A stretch of DNA of 64,000 bases from Antechinus flavipes (GCF_016432865.1 NC_067400.1:532580001-532644000); one strand, 5' to 3'; counted from the first letter of the stretch, positions 12,677 through 25,033 are shown. Numbers and translations: made by a program. Notes: a model not told the origin generated them from the letters alone.

Positions 12677-14404
12677 ACACTTTAAATTTTTAAAGCACTT
12701 TTCATATAACAATCTCTGAGTGCTCACAAAAAGCCCGAGGATGCTATTATCATTTCACATCTTACAGATGACTGAGGCTTGGGAATAATTTGTCCAGAAT
12801 CACATAGCTGAGGCAAAATTTGAACTCAGGTCTTCCAAAATCCAAGATTGACACTATCCATTCTGTCATGTACATACCTACAGATACCATAATTAATAAT
12901 AAGTTTCATCTGAAAGACAAAGTATTAGAGTGAAAAGAGTTCTGACTCACATCTCAGCTTTGACACTAAATAGCTATAGGATGTTGGAAAAATATTTCAA
13001 TATTTCTGAGTCTTAGTTTTCTCATCTGTAAAATGGAGCTATTTATATTTGTACTCTCTGCCTCCCAGAGTTGTAGTAAAGAAAGTGTTCTGTAAGTCTT
13101 AGGTTTATATAGAAACAGAATTATCATTACTCACCAGGTGACCTTCTAGGCTTATCCTGAATCTCTCTAAATAAGCTCAATGCAAAAAAAGGTTTTATAA
13201 GCAGTTCAGCTAAGTCTGGGTCATATCACAATTTTGAATTCTGTAGACTCAACAGCTATTTGGGGGTTGGGGTGGGGGAAAGAGGTGAATGTTTGAAGTG
13301 CCTCAACCACAGTTTTGCCTGGCCTGTTTGCTAAGGTACATTCTGCACTGATTTTGCTCATTAGCTCATTTTTCATTTTCATTTTCCAGGTCAGGTTTAA
13401 TCTATTTTTTTTTCCTTAAGTACAAATTATATAAACTTCTAGCCTTTGCCTTCTCGAGTGATAACACACTCTGATATTGTGTTAATAGGTTAAGATAGAG
13501 TATTTAATGATAGGTGAACCTCAAAACTCTAAAGTTTGAATATCCATCAAAAAAAATCTCTTCTAGTTTGTTTTATGCATCTATAGAAATAACTACAGAT
13601 AACAATTCAAATTTTTTTGCTTTCTGTAATTTCTAGACAGTTTACAGACAGTTTCTAGAGCTTTCATAATTCTTTCCTTGTTACTCAGCTCTTCACTGTC
13701 CATATTCATTATTCTCAGACAAGATCACTTGATCTATTCTCATGATGTCTATTGTCCTCTCCAGACAAATTTCTCTCCAATTGGTATCTCCATCCCTGAT
13801 CTTTTACCCCAGCACAGTATCCTCACAACTGTTTCAGGATATTTCAGTTTGGATTCCATCACCTCATAGTTAATCCTTGGGCTTTAAGTCAGGTGAGACT
13901 TTTCATCCTGTCTCTGATATTTAGCTGATTAGATAGGCAAATCAATCTAATTTTCTGAGTTTAGGTTTTGTCCTCTATACAAAGCAGGAAAATAATGCCA
14001 TGAGTACCTATTTCAGAAAGGTATTGTAAAAACCAAATGAGATATTTTTAAAGGCTTTTTAAATGTTGCCTATTGACATTGAACTCCTCATCAGCATATT
14101 GCCCCAGCCATACAAATTGACTTTCCTTCCCAACTTCTCAATTGCTATCAGTATTCCCCTTTATTTGTTCTTCCTGGCTTTAAAAAAATAAAAGCTTGAA
14201 ATCTTGATTCTTCTGCCTTCTTATAATAATGCAAGTATTATAAAATCTAAAACTGCAAATTACTCACAGATCATGTAGGTCATCTCCCACATTTTACTGA
14301 GAAGAAAACTTCTCTTCATATTTATTTTACATATTACTATATAAGTATTTCTCTGTCACACTTGAATATAAGCTTTTTCAGAGTAATGATATATGTAATA
14401 TATA

Positions 14405-14622
14405 TTGATAACTTTTTGAGTGTAGTTCCAAATTGCTCACCAGAATGGTTGGATTTGTTTAAAATTCCACCAACAATGTATCAGTGTCCCTCTTTTCCCA
14501 CATCCCCTTCAACATTCATCATTATCTTTTCCTGTCATCTTAGTCAATCTGAGAAATATCTAGTGATATCTCAGAATTGTCTTAATGCGCATTTCTCTGA
14601 TCAATGGTGATTTCAAGCACCT
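14405..14622 (-). repeat. 218-bp inverted local copy of L1 segment 15191-15408
   Basis: Manual alignment gives 209/218 identity, no gaps; flanked by atatgtaatatat at 14391-14403 and 14628-14640. Confidence 0.9.
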
Positions 14623-14819
14623 ATGTAATATGTAATATATCGTTACATGCCTTAAATATCAAATGTTATCTCATTTTTTAAAAAATTAGATAAGAAAGGG
14701 AGAATTTACCTTTCAGATTTGTGGATGGGGAAGAATTCATGGCTAAATAAGTGATGAGAGTATCACAGAAAATAAAATGGACATAGAAATCACATATGAT
14801 TTAAAAAGTGTTTTAAAAA

Positions 14820-16121
14820 CATAAATATAATTATAAACAAATAGAAGAACATAGGATAGTTTACTTCTCAGATCTGTTGAGAAGGAAGGAACTTATGACT
14901 AAAAAAGGACTGGAACTCATTATTGAATACCAAATAGATAATTTGATTATATAAAGTTTTAAAGTCTTTCTACAAAGAAAACTAATGCAGACAAGATTAG
15001 AAGGGAAGCAATAACTTTGGAAAACATTTTTATATTTAAGGATTCTGATAAAGGCCTCAGTTCTAAAATATATAGAGAATTGACTCAAATTTATAAAAAT
15101 TCAAGCCATTCTCCACTTGCTAAATGGTCAAAGCATATGAACAGATTATTTTCAGATGAAGAAATTGAAACCATTTCTAGTCATATGAAAAGGTGCTTGA
15201 AATCACCATTGATCAGAGAAATGCACATTAAGACAATTCTAAGATATTACTACATACCTCTCAGATTGACTAAGATGACAGGAAAAGATAATGATGAATG
15301 TTGGAGGGGATGTGGGAAAACTGGGACACTGATACATTGTTGGTGGAATTTTAAACAAATCCAACCATTCTGGTGAGCAATTTGGAACTACACTCAAAAA
15401 GTTATCAAACTGTGCATACCCTTTGATCCAGCACTGTTTCTATTGGGCTTATATACCAAAGAGATCTTAAAGGAGGGAAAAAGGACCCACTTGTACAAAA
15501 ATATTTGTGGCAGCCCTTTTTGTAGTGGCAAAGAACTGAAAACTGAATGGACTCTCATCAGTTGGAAAATGGCTAAACAAGTTATGGTATATGGATGTTA
15601 TGGAATATTATTGTTCTATAAGAAATGATCAGCAGAATGATTTTAGAGAGCCCTGGAGAGACTTACATGAACTGATCTAAATGAAATGAGCAGAACCAGG
15701 ATTTCATTGTACATGGCAAAATTATATGGTGATCACTTCTGATGAGTGTAGCTCTTCTCAAAAATGAGAAGATTCAAGACAGTTCCACTGATCTTGTGAT
15801 GATGAAAGCCATCTGCACCTAGAAAGAGGACTGTGGGAACGAAGCGTGGATCACAACATAGCATATTCACTTCTTTTGTTGTTTGCTTGAATTTTATTCT
15901 CTTTCTCATTTTTTCCTTTGTGATTTGATTTTTCTTGTGCAGCAAGATAATTTTATAAATACATATGCATATATTGGATTTACATATACTTTTACCATGT
16001 TTAACATATATTGGATTATTTGCCATTTAGAAGAGGGGGTGGAGAGATAGGGAAGAAATTGGAACACAAGGTATTGCAAAAATCAATGATGAAAAATTAT
16101 CCTTGAATATATTTTGAAAAT
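14820..16121 (+). mobile_element. 5'-truncated L1 (degenerate ORF2 C terminus and 3' UTR)
   Basis: ORF track 15017-15376 is L1 ORF2 (ECWRGCGKTGTLIHCWW) ending in a premature TGA. Confidence 0.9.
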
Positions 16122-16130
16122 AAAAACCTT

Positions 16131-17741
16131 CTGGCCTAGCTATACCAGATCTAAAACTATATTATAAAGCAGCAGCTATCAAAACCATTTGGTACTGGCT
16201 AAGAAATAGACTAACTGATCAGTGGAATAGGTTAGGTTCACAGGACAAAGAAGTCAAAAACTATAGCAATCTAGTGTTTAACAAACCCAAATACTCCAGC
16301 TTTTGGGATAAGTATTCAAAAATTGCTGGGAAAATTGGACACTAGTAATTGGACACAGAAACCAGGCATTTCCTCACACTTAGCACCATACAGTAAAATA
16401 AGGTCAAAATGGGTTCATGATCTAGACATAAAGAATGACATTATAAATAAATTAGAAAAATATAGGATAGTTTACCTCTCAGACCTTTCGAGAAGGACCT
16501 TCTTTGTGACCAAAGAACTAGAGATCATTATTGATCACAAAATAGAAAATTTTGATTATATTAAATTAAAAAGATTTTGTACATGCAAAACTAATAGAGA
16601 CAAGATTAGAAGGGAAGCAATAAACTGGGAAAACATTTTTACATTCAAAGGTTCTGATAAAGGCCTCATTTCCAAAATATATAGAGAACTGATTCAAATT
16701 TATAAGAAATCAAGCCATTCTAGAATTGATAAACAGTTAAAGGATATGAACAGACAATTTTCAGATGAAGAAATTGAAGCTATTTCTAGTCATATGAAAA
16801 GGTGTTCCAAATCATTATTGATTATCAGAGAAATGCAAATTAAAACAACTGAGATACCACTACACACCTCTTAGATTGGCTAAGATGACAGGAAAAGATA
16901 ATGACGAATGCTGGAGAGGATGTGGGAAAACTGGGACAGTGATACATTGTTGATGGAATTGTGAATGAATCCAACTATTCTGGAGAACAATATGCTCAAA
17001 AAGTTATCAAGCTGTGCATACCCTTTGATCCAGCAGTGTTACTACTGGGCTTGAGATCTTAAAGAAGGGAAAGGGACCCACACATGCAAAAATGTTTGTG
17101 GCAGCCCTTTTCCTAGTTGCTAGAAACTGGAAATTGATGGATGCCCATCAATTGGAGAATGGGTGAATAAATTGTGGTATATGAATGTTATGGAATATTA
17201 TTGTTCTGCAAGAAATGACCAGCAGGATGATTTCAGAGAGATCTGGAGAGACTTACATGAATTGATGCTGAGTGAAATGAGGAGAACCAGCTCATCATAC
17301 ATTTCAACAATAAGACTATATGATAATTAATTCTGATGGACATGACTTTCCAACAAAGAGATGATTCAAACCAGCTCCAAATGTTCAGTAATGAAGAGAG
17401 CTACACCCAGAGAGAGAACTATGGGAAATGAGTATGGACTACAATATAGCATTTCCACTCTTCTGTTATTGTTTGCTTGCATTTTTGTTTTCCTTCTCAG
17501 ATTTTTTTTAACTTTTTTTCTAGATCCAATTTTTCTTGTGCAGCAAATTATATAAATATGTATACATGTATTATATTTAATATATATTTTAACATATTTA
17601 ACATCTATTGCACTACCAGCTATCTAGGGAAGAGAGTGGGGGGGAAGGAGGAGAAAAGTTGGAACAGAAGGTTTTGCAAGGGTCAATGTTGAAAAATTAC
17701 CCATGCATAAGTTTTTGTAAATAAAAAGCTATAAACAAAAG
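16131..17741 (+). mobile_element. 5'-truncated L1 inserted into the tail of the preceding L1
   Basis: ORF2 remnants (16323-16874), 3' UTR, AATAAA plus A-rich tail; possible TSD aaaaacctt (16122-16130) / aaaaacttt (17742-17750). Confidence 0.9.
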
Positions 17742-17859
17742 AAAAACTTTCAATAATTTTTTTTCTAAAAAAATCTAATGCAGTAAAAAGTAGAAAAGAA
17801 ATGAGAAACTGAGGAGATGTAGTTACAAGTGTTTCAGATAAAATTCTCATATCCAAGAA

Positions 17860-18600
17860 ATGAAACTGATTCAAATTCATAAAACTAAGAGCTATTCCCA
17901 AATAGAGAAACTGTCAAAGAAACGAACATGCATTTTTCAAAGAATGCTATCAAAAGCATAATTTTAAAATGTTTTAAAGCACTAATAATTAGAAAACTGC
18001 AAAATGAAGCAATTCTCACTTCATGCTTACCAGACTGGCAATGACAAAGAGAAAAATGACAAATTTTGGAAAGGCTATAGGAAAATAGGTACTGTTGGAG
18101 CAACTGAATTGATTCATTTATTCTCAAAATCAATTTGGAATTAATCCCAGAAAAATCAACAAATTGTGCATATCCTATGACTCAACTTTACCAGTACTAG
18201 GCCTATACCCTAAAGAAATAAAAGAAAGAGGAAAGAATTGATATGTTAAAACAAAATTATAGCAGCTTTTTATGGTAGCCAAAAATTATAAACCAAGAGT
18301 GTGTCTTCCTGTGGAGAATAGCTAAAGAAATTTGCTATTTTCTTGTGCTATAAGCTATGACAACTAAGACCATTGTAAATTTATGAAGAGAAAAGTAAGG
18401 AAAATCAGGAAAAATGCATAATTACAACATTTTAGGTTAAAAAGAGAGATTTTAGAACTCTGACCACACAGTCTAAAAGAATAAAGATGAAACCTTCCAT
18501 TCCAGATTTTTTTCAGGCCTTTTAAAAATTTGTTTAATTGAGAGAGAAAACAACAAAACAGTCATTATTTTAAAAACTAACCTGAAAAATAAAAATTTGA
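17860..18600 (+). mobile_element. Old, highly diverged L1 ORF2/3' fragments
   Basis: Degenerate matches to the same ORF2 3' motifs (aatcaatttggaatt...tgtgcatatcctatgac...ggcctataccctaaag). Confidence 0.55.
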
Positions 18601-19099
18601 AACTATTTGTTAGAAAAGAGGGTTTAGATGACTGTGTAGATAGCTAAATGAGAGTTTCTGAAAAAGAACAGTTAAAGCAAAAATGTATATATATAGCTTC
18701 TGTAGTCTTGACTCCTTGTCAATGGATTCCCATCCAATTATGTCCATTTTTGCTTTAACTGTTCTTAGCTGAGGAGAGATTCACTGTCAGTTTTCCTGAC
18801 CTCAAATTTAACTTCCATTTATTTTTTCCCCCAAATCCACCTATTGTTTCATTTTCCCTGTGTTTATAAATCAAATGAAAATCACAGTAACTGGCCATCT
18901 ACTCTGTCTCACACCTAAAAAAAAAAAAAAAACCTCTTAATATGTACTAGTCTCTAAGACTATAAAGGTAGAAATGAAACTGTCCAGCCCTCAAGGAGAA
19001 TGCATTCTGTCAGAGAAGATAACACATGTGAAGTAAAAATAAAGAAACACTAAGAAATTCATGTTCTCTTGAGAGGCAGCTCATTTCATTTTTGACAAC

Positions 19100-19430
19100 T
19101 GCATGGAAATTTTTCTTTCATTAAGCTTTTATCATTTACAGAGTTTTTACTTCTATCTAATAAAGTTCAATTCTAATGTTTGGTGCCATACCTTCACTTA
19201 CCTTCCTTAAGTCTCTTTTTTTTTTCCAAGGAAAACATTCCCAGTTTGTTCCATCAATCCTTGCTATTCTCTCATCATTGTTAATTTGTCACTGGATATG
19301 CTCTAACTTCTCAAATATCTCACTGTCATTACTAAAATGGGGTACCCAGAACTGGACACAATGCTCCAAAAATGGTCTAATCAGGATAGAATACAGTGGA
19401 ACCATTAGTCCTCTAATTAATGGATACTAT
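19100..19430 (-). mobile_element. L3/CR1 LINE fragment
   Basis: cccagaactggacacaatgctcc...ggtctaatcagg is the reverse complement of a CR1/L3 RT-region motif. Confidence 0.65.
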
Positions 19431-19889
19431 ATCTAAAAAGCAACAGTTGTAGATTTTTTTGTTGATTATATTACTCCCACAGAATAACTTGTCCAGTGCT
19501 TAACAGTGATTCTACAAAGAAAATAATTTTCTTAATTAAAAAGGATGTTTCTCTTCAATAAGTTCTTTTTTAAAGTTTGGGTTTCTATATATTGAGTATT
19601 GTCAAAAATAGATTACACCAGGATAAGCCCTTGACTCATAGTGACAATAAATACCTAAAAACAGGCTTTAATATAGTCACATTTAGATTAAGCAAAATTG
19701 TCATCCCTAGATATTTAAGTTAACAGAGATTATTTTAAGTACAAAAATGTATTGCCAAGCTGACATGGATAACACAGAAAGTTACTTGTAACTACAGATT
19801 TACAGAGAAAAATGCTTTATGTGGCTTCACAAAGCAGATATGAAGTTCAATTCAACAGATTTAATTCAAAGAAAGAACATAATACACAG

Positions 19890-20340
19890 CTACAACTCAT
19901 CTTCTATATCACCATATGGCTTACAAATTGATGTCCCCACAATAGCCCTATGAAATGGGTCATGCAAGCATCACACATATAATGTGTAACAGGAGCTATG
20001 AATCCATCCAAGAAACTCCCTCCACTGGCACAAATCAAAGTGCCTTCATGATTTAGTAGCCAAAGCCAAAGGAATTGTTTGAAGCACATAGAGGTTAAAT
20101 AATTTGCTTAGTATCATAAACTAATCAATATCAAAAGTGAGATATGAAACTAGATGTAGCATTCATTATACTAAAGGTATTATCATCACTATTTAACAGA
20201 TGAAATAATAAAAGCTCAGTGAGGTTAAGTTGCTTGCCTTAGTTTATTCAGTCAGTAAGTGGCAAATCAAAGACTAGCAACATTGAACTTCGGATACCAA
20301 GTTCAGTGCTCTTTCCTCTACCTCAAGCTATCTTTCATTT
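19890..20340 (-). mobile_element. Adjacent MIR/CORE-SINE fragments
   Basis: Repeated core motifs (acagatgaaataataaaagctcagtgaggttaagttgcttgcc). Confidence 0.55.
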
Positions 20341-23300
20341 TAAAGAAAGGTGTGAAGGAAAAAAAAAAGATAAGTAAGAGGGATACAAGAAAAAAGGGAA
20401 GAAAAGTCAGTGCCTTCATTCTTCTCCAGACAAGATAAACTATTGGTCTCCACTCCTCAAGTTCCAGTTGATTGTTCTTTTTTCCTCTCTGAAGAATGAC
20501 TTCATCTAAGGCTTTTCAGCACTTATAAACTGGACAGCACCAGGATACTTAGTCTTTCTAGCCTTCCTTGTGTGGTCACAAATTAACTTTATACAATTCA
20601 GCACATATTTATTAAGCATCTTATATGCAGGGAAGAAAAACTGTTTCAAATTATGAGTGGAACGTATGTTTAGAAAAGTTATGGTCCTTTCCTTGATGTT
20701 GCTCGCAGAGTTGGATCAAGTATTTTTTCATCAAAACACAGTAAGTTTTGCTCTTAACCAATATTTTACATTTCATGAACAAAAGTCTTATTGTGATAGA
20801 GTCTTTCAATACAGTGGAGATTAAAAGGCAGTATAAGCTCCCCATTCACTACTGCTATTTAAATAAACCATTTATTAGGAATCACATACTTAGAGCAAGG
20901 ACTCTTATTCTGATCCTTTCAATTTAAAGACTATGAAACTGAGATTGCAGAAAAGTTAATTTAGGTAGTCATTAGAAATACTGGTATTTAAATCTAGGGT
21001 CTTTATCAACTAACTTTCATGCCACAATGCCTCCCAAAGTTGGATTACATTCTATTACAATTATACTAATAATGCACAAAATGAAATTTTTGAAAGATCA
21101 CAATACACACACAGAGAGAAAACACAGTTAAAAAGTACATCTAAAGATTATTGAGTTCTCCTCATATTTATCTATGTTAGATTTTTTTTTTACTGCCATA
21201 CAACTTCTCTATATTATTATTCTTTTAATCTAAAGTATGCATAATATCTTTTTTAAAATACCTTTTGGTTTTCTTTAAAAAGTAAAAAACCAAATAAAAG
21301 AAAATAATGATTAATATAAAGTTTTATTTTAGAATTATAAAATAAAAATATGTGAACTTTCTTTAACAGTATCTGAAAATCTTGAGAAAGCTGAAGGCAA
21401 TCAAAGAACCTCTTTGAAAATATGCTCAAAGCCATGCATGCAAATTAGATACCATTCCCTAGACCATTGGCCTATCTTGCTAAATTGGTGATTTGTGGTT
21501 AATTTCTTTTGTCTAATAATTTTCTTTTACTAATTATCACTTTAAACTAGTTTTAAACATTTGTTGGAATGAATATTAATCTGAAACTATTACTTTTGTG
21601 TTATAGAGCATTATATTCAAGATAGGATTGGGGTAGTATCAAAGAATAACTCTCCACTAACAGGTTTGGGGTATGTGTATATATGTGTAAAATTATATAA
21701 ATCTCAAAAACTGACTAGTATCTTCAAAATTTGGATAATAAGTCTTCAGGAGGTTTTAAATATGATACAGATTGATGTAGGGGACCTCTGAGGTATCTTA
21801 TTCTGAGATTCTGTGCTTAATAGGATCATGGATATAGAGATCATGTAATTTTAATTCATTGGAACTTAGACCCAGAAAGATTAATTAACAATTAAAGTCA
21901 CATTAAATATATCAATAGAGGAAAGATTTGAATTCAGGTACTTTTACTTCAAAATATATTGGTTTTCCTACTTTATCCTTCAATATTCTGTCATTTAGTG
22001 CAAAATAAATATGAATTCTTTCTAAATCTCCAAACAAATCATCACCTGGTCTATACTTGAACAACTCTGACATCTAAAAGTATAAAATAACCCATTGAAT
22101 TTTAACAGAGTATTTTCTTTATATTGAGTAAAAGTCCAGTTCTTTAAAAAATATATACCCATTGTTATTAGTCTTGCCATTGCTGTCTGGGGAAAAAAAA
22201 TACAAAATTTACCTAATCTTTTTTTTTACCTGAATGTCCATCACATTTTCAAGACAGAAAGTATATCTTCTTAAGATTTATTTTCCAAGGTAAATAAGCA
22301 AGGTAAATAAATAATTCCAAATGTTATGATTTCTATTCCCCTAGCCATTCTGGCTAGCTATCCTCAATAAGCTCCAGATTATTAATGTCCATCCTAAAAT
22401 GTAGTTCCTAAATCCCCAGTGATAATCTCATACCACTGAAAATAAATGTTATACCAATACTTTAGTTAGAGGATATCTAGTTTAACTAACTTGTCACTTT
22501 AAATGTAAGTGAACTAAGAGATCCAGTTAAGATTTTCCCTAGATTATATGGCTATTAAGTGGCTAAGGTGGTATTTAAATCCAAATCTTCAAGTCTAGTA
22601 ATTCATGCAATTCTTACCTAAATTGCAACCATAATTAACACATACAATTTCTGACAACTCCACAAACTCTTTAAGTAGTAAAATAAAGAGAATTAAGTTA
22701 CTAGAATAACTGATCCCCTATTATTAAAAGTCATTCAGTTCAAAAGTTACTAAAAGTGAAACATAAATTTTAGGAGACGTATACATACATATATAGATAC
22801 ATGTACACACCTAAGTATATATGTAGCTGTGTATGTATGTGTATTAGAAATTATCTTATAAATGTTAGATGTTAGAACACAGAACAGAGAATGTTTGATC
22901 TAGAAGGGATCATATAACTGAATGCCTAACTATAAAAGATAGAATCTTAAAACTGAAAAAAAAAAGACTTAGATATAATGGATTTCATTATCCTTATTTT
23001 TCAGATGAGTAAACCAAGACCAAAAGAAGTTATGTGATTTGATCTCACATAGGTAAGAAGTAGGAAAATCAGTATTAAAACCTACATCTAACTTGTTTTT
23101 CCCCAATCCTATCTTAATCCCCCACATAACTGACTACCAAAGTCATTCAGGTTAACAAATGGTTTTAAAATAAGTGGTGGATTATTTTTAAAGCCATTTT
23201 AATTTTCCATTTCTACTCTAAAAACCATCCCATATAACAAATTATACTTTTGTAAGAAAGAAAAAGAAGGAAAAAATCTTCACAGCCAATCAATACGTTG

Positions 23301-23441
23301 AAGTCTGAAAACATGTGCTATGTCAAACACCTGTAGACTTCCCACCTTTAAGAGCTAGGCTGGGGGAGTGTCTTGTATGTCTCTTAATTGGAATTGTAAT
23401 TAATCTTTATACCTTTGCTTCATCCATTTATGTGTGGGTGG

Positions 23442-23478
23442 GTGCGCGCACGTACGTGTGCGTGCATGTGCGTGTGTG
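23442..23478. repeat. 37-bp uninterrupted purine-pyrimidine alternation with 6 CpGs
   Basis: gtgcgcgcacgtacgtgtgcgtgcatgtgcgtgtgtg. Confidence 0.85.
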
Positions 23479-24359
23479 GTTTTTCTTTCATTTACAATAT
23501 TGTAGACTTCCTGTCAGTGAACTTTTATTGAACAGATAGCACTATGCTAGGGAGGTGCAAAGTAGGAAAGTCATCTCCCTCTTGAGCTTTGGGTTCCTTT
23601 TGAGTTAAGTCTAAAATGCAAGTAAAAATATATTTATCTTATATGTCCATGAGTAAAGTCGCTTAATCTTCCTGACTTGGTTTCCTCATTTGCAAAAGTG
23701 GACTTAAAAATAGTTGCAATTCCTACCTCAAAGTTTGTTGGTGAGCTTCAAGTGAGTTGATATCTGTAATGAGATGAACTTTGAAAACTTTAAAATACAT
23801 GATAAATTCGTTAAAGATGTGTAAAACAAAGAACAGGTTGTATTCCTGCTACTATTTAAATAGTCCCTCCGCCTGAATTTTGTCTTTACAGTAAGACTTT
23901 TAAGGGGAAATGGAACATTTGTGATTTTTGGCATTTGAAATAAGTGAATTTGTCTATTTCTAGTCATGTATATTGAAGATTTTTTTAATAGTACAGAAAA
24001 GAGGTATATACCCAGTATTTTCTACAGAAAGGGAAGAGTTGTTTTTCTACCGAAAAGAAAGTAGGGACAGGTACTAAGTTCATTGCTGCTGGATGATGAT
24101 TGATATGTCAGTAAGTAAAGATGTTGCTACATTCAAAATGTCAATATTCAAAGGATTAAAAATCTCGAATATACAACAACTCCAATAAAACCTTTGGGCC
24201 CTGCAGAAGTGAACACTAAACCTCTCTAAGCCGAATTTTCTTGAGAATAAAAAGCACCCGGAGAGAGTCAATTATTAGCTGAAAACTTCCCCGGTAACTG
24301 CGCCACCTTTTGATTTGGTTTCCCTGGTAGGGTTTCACACCGATTTTGTAAACCCCAGA

Positions 24360-24374
24360 GGGGGGGGGGGGGGG
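24360..24374 (+). repeat. G15 homopolymer
   Basis: Direct. Confidence 0.9.
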
Positions 24375-24925
24375 AAACACTTAGGAGAGTAAATAAACAT
24401 AAATCAACACTTTCAAAAACAAATAAATGCGGAAACCTTTGCAAAGTAGAATTCTGTAAACTGTTCTCTCCAGATTCTGCACCAGTCACTTAACAGACAC
24501 AAGCAACGCCCCCCCGTTCCTCACCTCCAGGCAAGATTAAGCCCTCATTTGTTCAGGGTTACAAAATAATTGGTAACGGGAATAGAGCTCACTGGGAGCG
24601 AGTCAGGAATCCCATTCTCATTAGCTAAGTGTAAAAGCCAAATCTCCACAATTTAGAAATTAACATCAGTAGTTCAGCTACCTTAGGCTTAGAGTATTCA
24701 TTGCATTAAAGGTCCCTCTCCACCTGCCCAGTCACCTCCGGGCCACTATCGTTTCAAACATTACAAATCGCCCAACAGAAATGAACTTCCCTCTGGCTCG
24801 GGCTCCTTTCTTATACAAAGAGAAAGACACCGGTGTCTTCCGCTCTGTCTGAGCAATGAAGGAATTGTTCGTTGAGTCCCCGAGACTGGAGGTAGCATGC
24901 ATGGATTGTAGATTATTAACCCATG

Positions 24926-24934
24926 TCCTACCTT
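24926..24934 (-). promoter_or_regulatory. DLG2: 5' splice donor of the DLG2 alternative first exon (AAG|GTAGGA)
   Basis: Plus-strand tcctacctt; position coincides with the end of the recognised N-terminal peptide. Confidence 0.85.
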
Positions 24935-25033
24935 GCATCCAAACATCAACGACAACGTGTTGTTGGTGCAGGCAACTTTGCAGTGGCAAATCATTGGTGT
25001 GAAACAGTCAGGGTTCTTAACAATAGGGGACAT
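24932..25033 (-). CDS. DLG2: Alternative first coding exon of DLG2 (PSD-93), palmitoylated alpha-type N terminus: MSPIVKNPDCFTPMICHCKVACTNNTLSLMFGCK (34 codons; second in-frame ATG at 24994)
   Basis: Minus-strand translation contains MICHCKVACTNNTLSLMFGCK, which I recognise as the Cys3/Cys5 palmitoylated PSD-93 N terminus that splices to the KYRYQDED exon. The reading frame meets a donor AAG|GTAGGA exactly after the last Lys codon (phase 0). The ORF-track start at 25090 is GTG; the first in-frame ATG is 25033. Confidence 0.9.

Larger units (their letters stand above)
1..24931 (-). other. DLG2: Intron of DLG2 downstream of the alternative first exon (next exon KYRYQDED not seen in window)
   Basis: Follows from the donor at 24931. 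I found no KYRYQDED-coding sequence in the window. Confidence 0.75.

Noticed and set aside
16323-16874. 183-aa ORF, and similar ORFs at 7382, 15017 and 36566
   Set aside because: Fragments of L1 ORF2 in 5'-truncated copies, not host genes.
19870-19885. ATGTTCTTT on the minus strand, resembling the DLG2 MFFACYC first exon
   Set aside because: Reads MFFL* and has no donor; not that exon.
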